From NCBI GenBank assembly GCA_002104945.1, contig MCFH01000002.1, forward strand, positions 682,001-746,000: a stretch of 64,000 nt of DNA. The letters run 5' to 3'. How positions within the stretch are numbered: position 1 is the first letter of the stretch; the number at the start of each line of letters is the position of its first letter. Below the pieces are notes generated by a model. The model worked only from the letters and a program-made list of their open reading frames with translations, was not told where the DNA came from and ran no database searches. Position numbers and translations under genes: made by a program. The stretch is from Piromyces finnis finn. Its lineage: Eukaryota > Fungi > Neocallimastigomycota. Shown piece after piece: positions 28,901 through 38,400 of this stretch.

Positions 28901-31900
28901 GTTCTGCTGTTTTAATTATTGGTGAAAAACAACAAGAATCAGAAATCACATCCATATTATTACCACGTATTGCACCATTACAATCTGTAATCTATATGAT
29001 TTTAGATAATTATGATGAACAATTTAAGGCCATGCTTAGTTCAAATGTCTTAATTCCACAAACTACTTTAGTTATTGATGTCAGATACTTGGTTAATCCA
29101 TCCATAGATTATGCCTTCACTACAATGAAATTATTAATCGAAAATAACTTCAACCTTGTCTATGGTAATATTGACTCTGCTAATAAATTAGTCATTGACG
29201 AAACTTACCAAAACATGGCTTTCGGTAACAGTATTGCTGGTTTATTACAAGTAGCTCGTGCTGAATCTAAGAATAACTTAATCTTTTCTATTCAATCCGA
29301 AAACCTTGATAAATTCACCCATGGTTTATTACGTGGTAACTTAAGAATTGAAGATCCAGATATTAGAGTAAAGGAAGATTATAGAATTACTGCTCAAAGA
29401 ATTATTAAAAATCCAGTTATTCCAGAAATTAAAACCAAGAATTACACTTTAGAACACAGTAGTACTGGTCAAATTGGTAAATTAAAGTTCCGTGAAGTTT
29501 TCGGTTTACCAGAATGTGGTCCAGACGAAATTATTATTAAGATTCAAAGTGTTGCCCTTCAATTTAAAGATATTATGAGTGTCATGAATAATTTACCAGG
29601 TTACAATGTATATGAACCAGGTATGGAAAGTAATGGTTATGTTGTTAAGATTGGTGAAAATGCTAAGAAGCACGTTAATTTCAAGATTGGACAACCTGTC
29701 TTTGCCTTTACTCATAAATATGGACATATGGTTTCTACCTATGGTAAAGCTCACTATAAGTTGGTTAAGCCAATGATCAATAATGATATGAATCCAGAAA
29801 ACTACAGTTCTGTTGTTGTCATGGGTACTGTATTATATGCTATTCGTGATCGTGCTGGTGGCATTAAACCAGGTCAAAGTATTTTAATTCAGTCAGCAGC
29901 TGGTGGTGTTGGTCAAGCTGCTATTAAATTATGTCAATACTGGGGTGCTAAGGTATATGTCAGTACTTCTGCTCGTAAGAGAAAATACTTGGAGGACTTG
30001 TATGGATTAGAACACATTACAGATTCCAGAAATCCAAAGACTTTCTATGAAGATATTATGAAGTGGACCAACAACGAAGGTGTGGACTTTGTCTTAAATG
30101 CTCTTGCTGGTGATGGTATTACCTATGGTCTTAAGTGCTTAAAGAAAGGAGGTCGTTTCATTGAAATTGGAAAGAAAAACATTATTATCAATACTCCATT
30201 AGGTTTAAAGAGTTTAATGAATAATATCAACTTCTGCTCTGCTCATATTGATTTATTAGATGTTGACAAGCTTTCTAGTTTAATGAACGAATCCTTTAAA
30301 CTTATCAACACCGGTAAAATTACACCAATTCCAGTTACCCAAGTCCCAATTAAGAAGTACCTTTCTGCCTTCTTCAACCTTGCTTCTGGTAACAATGTTG
30401 GTAAGACTTGTATTGTTATGGATGATGAATATGAACCATCTTGTAAACCAGTTAATCTTGTAAAAGAGGATAAATCATACATCATTACTGGTGCTTTTGG
30501 TGGTGTTGGTTTACGTGTTGCCTTATGGCTTCAATTAAGAGGTGCCAAAAACATTGTTTTAACTACCTCTGGAAATGCTGCCAAACGTAATAAGAACCCA
30601 ATTGTTGAAGGTCTTCGTAGTAAGGGTGTTAACGTTACCGTTTGTCAATGTGACATTTCAAATATTAATGCTGTTCGTAAATTATTCCAAGAAACTACTC
30701 CACAAGTTGGTGGTATTTTCCATCTTGCTAACAAATTCTTACCAGGTTTAATTCCAAGAACTTCATTAGAACAATTCCATATTGCTTACGATCCAAAGGC
30801 TAAAGGTGCTTTAAATCTTCATCTTGTTAGTAAGGATTACCCAATAGATATGTTTGTCTTATTCTCTTCTGTCCTTGATTTATTAGGTAATAAGGGTCAA
30901 GCTGCTTATGGTGCTGCTAATTCCTTCCTTGGTTCTTTAGTTGAATTCCGTCGTTCCAAAGGTTTATGTGGTTCTTGTATTTCTTTACCAGCCATGAAGG
31001 GATCTGGTTACCTTGCCCAATTCAAACAAGAAAGACAAGCTAAGGGATTTGAAGGTTTAATTACCATGCTTGATTCTGACGATTTACCAGAATTATTAGA
31101 TGAAGCAATTCATTACAGTATGCCACCAAACGTTCTTATTCTTGATGAAGTTGCTAAGATCGATGTCCATACCGATGAAGTTGCTCCAACCACTTTAATT
31201 TATAAGCATCTTCGTTACCCAGATGCTAAGGATCCAGTATGTGAATTCAAGACCTTCCCACCAATTACTGTTTTAGAAAAGGAAAAGCAATACAACATTC
31301 CAAAGAATAAATATATCGCTAATGCTATTCCTGTTTCCACTACCATACCAACTCCAATGAAGCGTTCCTATTCTCCATCAACTAGTGTTGATAGTGATAA
31401 TACTATCGATGAATCTGCTCATGCTAAGACAGTTGATAATAAAATATTATTAAATGCTACTACATTGGACAGTCGTCGTTCTTATTCTCCATCACTTCAA
31501 CGTAAGCATATTCTTGAAAAGGTTAAACCACAAGCCTTTGCTGAAGATGATATCATCATCAGACCAACTGAAAAAGTTGTTTTCCTTACATTAAACAGAC
31601 CAGGTAGTATGAATGATTTACATGCTAATATGATGAGAAAAATCATTTCTGCTATTGATACCCAAAAAGCTCTTGTTATTGAAGGATCTGGTGATAACTT
31701 CTGTATGGGATGGACTTCTTCCAGTATGAATAAACACGAAACAACCGAAAACATATATCAACTTTATGGTGAATTAATAAAGAAGATGAATAAGGTTACC
31801 CAACCAATTGTTACTATCTGTAAGGGTGTTGTCTTTGGTGGTGGTATGATCTTCCCATGTATGTCAGATATTGTCATTGCTGAAAACAACGCTGTCTTTA

Positions 31901-34287
31901 GTTTCTATGAAAACCGCTTAAAGCAAATACCATTCATTCTTTCTAAAGCTGCTCAAAACAGAATAAAGCACAGTCAAATAAAGAAGATGTTCTTAATTGA
32001 AAAAGAAGCTGATATTGAAGAGGCTATTAATATGGAATTAGTAGATATTTCAGTTCCAGCTGATAAATTAGAAATGGAAAAGAAGAGTGTTCTTAGACGT
32101 ATTAATACACTTGATCCAACTGTTTTAAAGATTACCAAGGAAAATATTAAGGATGCAGAATTATCTTTGGAAGGCGCTTTAATTCGTTCCGCTTCAAATA
32201 AAACTACTTCATTTACTGGTCAAGCCATGGATCTTGTTAGTTTAGAATTATTAGAACCAAAAATCTATCTTCTTGAAATTAAAACTAACATCATTAATCC
32301 AGAAATCGCAGCTCAAATTGGAAATGCTTTCGAACAAATGAAAGAAAAGGATGATGCTCATGTCTTAATTGTTAAGTGCAATGGTGATGACTTCTGTCAA
32401 GGTTTTGATGCTGAATTCCTTAATAGCATATCCAATAAAACAAAGGGTCAATTAGCCAATGAAATTTATAATATTTACAAGAACTACAGTAAGAGTTCTG
32501 AATTAACCATTCCAGTTCTTTGCTGTCTTAATGGATCTGTTATGAATGCTGGTTTGAACTTTGCCTTAACCTCTGATTGGAGAGTCGCCACCAGAGAAAC
32601 TTGTCTTTCCTTCATTAATAAAACCAAAACTGTTGACTCTTCAGTCATGATGAGTCACAGTTTACAAGATTTTATAGGTCGTGGTAAGAGTTTTAATATG
32701 ATCTTCAACTATGATAATACTACCAACAATGCTATTGAAGCCCATAAACAAGGTATCATTCAAGAATTAGTTGCTAACCAAAGCCAATTATTAGATGCTG
32801 CTTTAGTTAAGGCTAGAATTATTGCTTCTGCTCCATTAAAGGGTATTAATCATTCTCTCAATTTAATGAGAATTCCATATGATAATTCCTCTTTAATGAA
32901 AGAAGCTTATACCTTTGCTAGTATTTTAAAGGATAAAATGGGTGGTTTCCACGAAACTGTTCTTCCAAAATCACAAACCCATTTCCAAAGTCAAATCCGT
33001 ACAACTCAAAATAATGCTGCTTCAGTCAAATCAGCTAGTCATGGAAGAAAAGCTGAAAACGTTGGTATCATTGGATTAGCTACCTACATTCCAAGTAGTA
33101 CTGTTAATATGACCAAATTAGAAGCGCATGATAATTGTCAAGGTAAATATACTATTAGTTTAGGACAAAAGTACATGTCATTAACTGCACCAAATGAAGA
33201 TGTTGTATCCATGGCTTTAAATGCTGTTAAACGTTTAATGAAGAAGATGAACTTAAAGCCAAGTGATATTGGTAGAATTCAAATTGGTACTGAAACACCA
33301 GTTGATTTAAGTAAGAGTGTCAAGACCTTTATTGTTGAACAATTCTTTGAACAAGGAATTACTGACATTGAAGGTGTTGATAATGTTAATGCTTGCTTCG
33401 GTTCTACTGCTGCCTTATTCGATACTGTAGCTTGGATGCAAAGTGACTTCTGGAATGGTAGATATGCTATTGTTGTAGGTACTGATATTTCTCAAGGTGA
33501 GGATATTTATCACTTCCTTACTGGTTCATCAGCCGTTGCATTATTAATTGGTCCAAACGCTAATTTAGTTGTTGAGCCAGAACGTGGTATTTTCAGTAAT
33601 AGTACTTTTGACTTTTATAAGCCATATGGTTACAAAAACCATTACCCAGTAGTTGATGGTAAATACTCTATAGATTGTTACCTTTCTTCCTTAAAGAGTT
33701 GTTATGAACAACTTAAGAAGAAGACTGGTTCTGAAACCGAATTCCTTGATCATCAATTTAGTGTTTTCCATAATTCAAGTGTTAGTTTAACTAGAAAGGG
33801 TTTCAATACTTTAATTGAACAAGAAATTTCCAAAGTACTTCCAAATGCCAAGATAATTGAAAAGAGAAAATTCATTTCAAATGTTTACAAAGAAAGAGTT
33901 GAAGCCTCTACTTTAATGACAGCTAATATGGGTTGTATGTACAATGCTTCTGTTCTTAATGGTATTATTTCCTTAAATGAATCTTTAACCCCAGAAGATA
34001 TTGGCAAACGTGTTTTGGTTTACTCTTTCGGTTCAGGATCTGTTGGTGCTCTTTGGACTTTACGTATTGATGGCTTAGCTGAAAAGGATGATTTAGTTAA
34101 TAGATTGAATAGTCGTAATGAAGTTTCAGTAGATACATACTTTGAAATTAGAAAATTATGGCTTGAAGAGATTAAAAAGTTTGGACGTTCATACAAGAAG
34201 GATCAATTTGAACTTCAAATCCGTGAAGGTGATTATTATTTATCAAGTGTTTCCCTTGATGGTGTACGTAAATATGAAATTGCTTAA
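22957..34287 (+). CDS. Type I PKS-like megasynthase: AOS-like / KS / inactive AT / coiled coil / DH / ER / KR / ECH / ECH / HMG-CoA synthase, ~3,579 aa
   Basis: join(22957..23097,23247..23433,23876..34287); the phases (0, 1) match and the total of 10,740 nt is divisible by 3. Motifs: KS NTACSAS, EAHGTGT, KGNVGH; DH HVVGKDVVFP and LDACFH; ER SAAGGVG; KR GAFGGVG and QAAYGAAN; two crotonase repeats; HMGS GTET, NACFG, VFH. Confidence 0.93.
23247..24710 (+). other. PLP-dependent alpha-oxoamine synthase-like domain (BioF/SPT/Fum8 fold) of the megasynthase, apparently lacking the Schiff-base Lys
   Basis: DLSLHSYLGL, VIEGVYKISGD, VDESHALGVLGARGRG and DIITGSLEYSL; the family consensus for the last motif is GTLSKA. 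Confidence 0.85.
24814..26100 (+). other. Ketosynthase domain with intact Cys-His-His
   Basis: Cys codon 25324-25326 (TACS), His 25729-25731 (EAHGTGT), His 25855-25857 (KGNVGH); the domain ends in NSFGFGGANA. Confidence 0.95.
26410..27420 (+). other. Acyltransferase-fold domain, catalytically degenerate
   Basis: FVFRG start; GYNTGEIAAAY at 26698-26730 where GHSxGE is expected; no xAFH motif (reads CGICTPF). Confidence 0.85.
27980..31120 (+). other. DH / structural pseudo-KR / ER / KR reductive region
   Basis: DH His 28024-28026 and Asp 28570-28572; ER nucleotide-binding motif near 29890; KR GAFGGVG near 30490 and catalytic Tyr at 30907-30909. Confidence 0.9.
31570..34287 (+). other. C-terminal ECH-ECH-HMG-CoA synthase cassette
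   Basis: ECH1 (FLTLNRP, FCMG, GVVFGGG, FSFYE); ECH2 (FCQGFD, LNGSVMNAG); HMGS with Glu 33292-33294, Cys 33394-33396 and His 33769-33771. Confidence 0.9.
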
Positions 34288-34633
34288 ATGAAAAAGAAAA
34301 AAAAATTTAAAAATCTAAAATGAAAAAAAGCTTTTATCTCGCATTTATCATAAATTCTATATATATATAAAAAAAAAGAAAAGAAAAGAAAAGAAAAAGA
34401 AAAGAAAAAAATATATATTTAAATGACTTTATTTTTACAAAATAAGATATTTTAATAGTAATCATTTAATTTAAAAGATTGAAATTAAAGTAAAACGAAA
34501 ATATATATATATTTAATAATATTTAATAATGTTAATTAAATTTATAGAAAAAGAAAACTCCTAACTAGAATGCATGTATAATAATTAATATATATATTAA
34601 TAATTATATATTATAACATTTATAACTAATAGA

Positions 34634-34681
<48 letters not shown>

Positions 34682-34894
34682 AAAGAAAAAGAAAATTACA
34701 TAAATTAATAATAGTATAGTTCATAGTTTATATTTAAAACAAAAATATTTAAAAAAAAAAAATAATAATAATAATAAATAAAAATAAACAAGCAAATTAA
34801 TAAATAAAATTAATAATATTAAAAAAAAAAAAAAAAAATTAAAATGTATTAAATGGAAAAAATATTTTGTGGGTATTTTTTTAATGGTATACTT

Positions 34895-35065
34895 TTATTT
34901 TGTTTTGTTTTTATTTTATTTTGTTTTATTTTATTTTGTTTTATTTTTTATTTTTATTTTTATTTTTATTTTTGTTTTTATTTTTATTTTTGTTTTTGTT
35001 TTTGTTTTATTTGCTTTATTTTATTTTATGTATTGATTTGTTTTATTTATATTTTATTTTATATA
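34895..35065. repeat. Imperfect (TTTTA/TTTTG/TTTTTA)n low-complexity tract between the convergent PKS and SMG1 3' ends
   Basis: Read directly from the sequence. It explains the spurious ORFs at 34853 and 34900. Confidence 0.85.
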
Positions 35066-35471
35066 TTTTAGTTATTCTATTTATTTTTTTAAAAATTTAT
35101 ATAATATGCCTTATTTTATATATTATACTATATTAAAAAAAAAAAAAAAAAAATAGAAAAAAAAACATCTATTTTTGACAAAATAATGTATTTGTATATG
35201 TATATATAATATAAATCATTATTCTAGTATAAATTTAATATGTATTCTCTTTTCTTTGATAATAAAAAAATATTTTTAAAATTTTATTAATATATTGGTA
35301 TGTATTATTATTTATAGTAAGATATTATAATACTAATATTATATATAGATTATAATTTTAACTGTAGTAGAAATTAAAAAAATAAAAAAATTAAAAAATA
35401 AAATAGATATTGAAATATTAAAAGGAAAATTGTTATATTATTAATGAATTAATGAAATAAACAATTGTAAT

Positions 35472-38400
35472 TTAAATCCAAGAGGTCCAACCTTCATACA
35501 TACAAGCTAAATTATCAATATTAATGGCTTGATTAATTACTTTATCAACATGCTTAGTAACATCCATCACTGAAGGATCAATTAATGGATCATAACCGTT
35601 TAATTTATCACGAATTCTGTATAAAATTTTCATTGCTTGTAAATTTCTTTCACTAATTTTTTGGGTATCTGCTACTTCTTCAGGAAGGTTCATTGAGTTA
35701 ATAACGGATTCTTCTTCACTTGGAATTATCATAGTTCTTAATTTATTACTATTATTAGACTCTTTTTCACTCTCACTTTTATCTTTAGATGATGAATTAT
35801 TCTCCTTCTCATTATGCTTTTTGGCACTCTTATTAGTATCTTTAGTATTAATGATATAAGATGTGTTTTCGTCTATATCTTTATTTTCATTAGATAAATA
35901 GTTTGCTTCTATTTCATTCGATAGTCCAATATTTTCTTGAATATTATAGATTATATCATTGTTTTTACTTATTTCCTTATCAATTTCTTCAATGCTATGA
36001 CCTTGTTGTGTATCGGCATCATTATTGAAGTCATTGTTTCTTTCAGTAAATTGGTAATTTTCTTTTATTTGTTTATTTTTTTCATCATATGTATCTTCAA
36101 TATCATTACTATTATTATTTGAAGACTTTTCTTTCTCACTTCCAATAATTTCATCTATAACATTGTTATTGAATTCAATTTCTTCATTAGTTAATGCAGA
36201 ATATGAATCCTTTGACGAATTATTGGATTTATTTATTCTAATACTGATACTACTATTACTACGACTATTATTAATGCCTCTATGATTATGGAATGATCTT
36301 TTGGAAGGCTTGCTATCACTTTGTTCATTATTAATATTTTGAAGATTTATTAATTTATTAGAAATTGTTTCAAATGCACTTATAAGCTCAGATATTCTCT
36401 TTATAAGTACTATTTCGGCTTTATCTACAGATCTTGATATTTTTAATTCATCAATAATTCTAACAAATTCTCTGCAATATGTATCCCATTCACTCCATAA
36501 AGTATTTATCTCTTCTACACAATCTATTGGTTCCTTTATTTTTTCGGCTGGTTTTAAAGCAGTTGAAGTAAGAGCTTGAATATCTTTATAGAGTTTTAAT
36601 GTAATATCAAATGTATTCTTTACAATTTGAATAAAGTCAGCATTAACAATATTTCCATCTATGTTATCCGATTTATTATGAATATCATTTCCCATAATCA
36701 AAAAATTATCATTGATTTCATTATTCAAATTATTCATTGGAAGAGCATGATACTTTGGTTGAAGATTATCATTATCGAATTTTCTATAGAATAAATTACT
36801 TATGTCTGTATCCTTTGCATTTGGATTATTAATGCTAATCATAGTATTGACAAATGCGTCAAATGAAATATTCTTACTATTGTTTTTTGGTGAATTAATA
36901 TCATTATCTTTTCTAATATCTTTATCAGAATAAAATGAATCATTAAATAATCTTATGTTGGAGTTGTCTTGATTTAATACCTTTTCAAATTCCTTTAAAT
37001 TTAAAGAAATAATATAATTAATTTCTTCAGTTTCTTCAGTTTCATCTACTCTTGTTGTTTCTAATGAAATGATTAACGAAGCAAATTCAATTAAATAATT
37101 GAATTTTTGATGCTCACTAAGTAGGAAATTGTCTACTTTTGACTTAATATTATCAATTTCTTGTTTAATATCATCTACGTCATCCTGTCTTATAAGTCCA
37201 TTTAATAATTTCTTTTGAGAATAAGACTCAATAATATTATAAATATTGTTGTAGGTAAGTTCAAGGTTTCTTAATTGACATATAGAATCTTTTAAATTTT
37301 CTATATCCTTTGTGCAAAGCTCAATAATTTGTTTTCTAATTGATTTTGGTGTTGTATAATCTATTTCATCGATGTGTTCTAAATCAATAAATTCTTTACT
37401 ATCACCTGGGTAGTCATCAAATTCTCTTGCTTTTATTAACGGATAATCATTCATTAATTGATATCTTATATAAGTTTCTCTGTTTAACTTTGTAAAATTA
37501 TCTACATATACTACACAACAATTACAATAATAGTATAAATCTTTTCTTAAATATAAATTTATAATATCTTGGAAAGAATCAAAAATATCAATATATTTCT
37601 TTTTATTATATTTCGGTAATTGAATAATACGTTTACTTTCTTGAAGGTAATCTTCAAATTCAGTAAATTTATCTTTTTCTTCAATATCTAAATTAATAAA
37701 TAATTCTGAGAAAATTCTTTTTAATTGGGATGACAATAATTTTAAATATATTTCATCAATAATAAATTTAATGAATTCGTTTATAGATTCAACAACTGAT
37801 TTAAAAGCTGGATTTTCAGAAACTAATACTTTCGTATCTAAATTATTTATCCATGATTGTGAAAATTTATCATCGTTAACAGGTATTGCTTGATAGAATT
37901 GTTTTACTGCTTTATTTGCTTCATTCAAATTTTTTATCTTCAAAACAAAAATTCTATCTTCCAATTTTTCATAGTATTCCTTATCTTCACTATTATTACA
38001 TTCTTCCTTTAAAAGAGATAATAACTCTTCAGCAGGAAGGAAAATATTACTTACAGTTTTATTAAAATATGAATTATTATAGCTATCTGCTGATAAATTA
38101 TTTATTATTCCAGAATATTGATTCTTTATTTCTCTGATATTTTGATAGTTAGAAGTTTGTTCTAATTTGTCAATTTTTTTAGCAATTGATTCAATTAAAT
38201 TAATTTGAATATCAATTGTATTATCATTGATGGAACGTAATAATTGAGGTATAAATGCAAATAAATAATCTTGCGGAATTTTCATTAAACTTCTTGCAAA
38301 TTCAATAAGAATTTCTTGTTCCTTGAAATATCCTTTAAAGAAATTAGCTGAAGTAAAGTTACGTATATCAGCAACTTTAAATAATATTCTTGATAAACTG

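Noticed and set aside
31066-31090. MLDSDD as a possible ACP phosphopantetheine site
   Set aside because: It lies in the KR C-terminal helix, lacks the GxDSL context, and has no room for a four-helix ACP.
24702-31754. Internal ORFs on the minus strand or in other frames within the PKS (24702, 24902, 25286, 25666, 25682, 25854, 27297, 30243, 31497)
   Set aside because: They are shadows of the strongly biased codon usage of the main frame and carry no independent motifs.
23876-34287. The 10.4-kb intron-free PKS exon as evidence of recent bacterial transfer
   Set aside because: The clearly eukaryotic SMG1 next door also has a 9.9-kb exon, the PKS has two 5' introns, and its HMGS looks eukaryotic.
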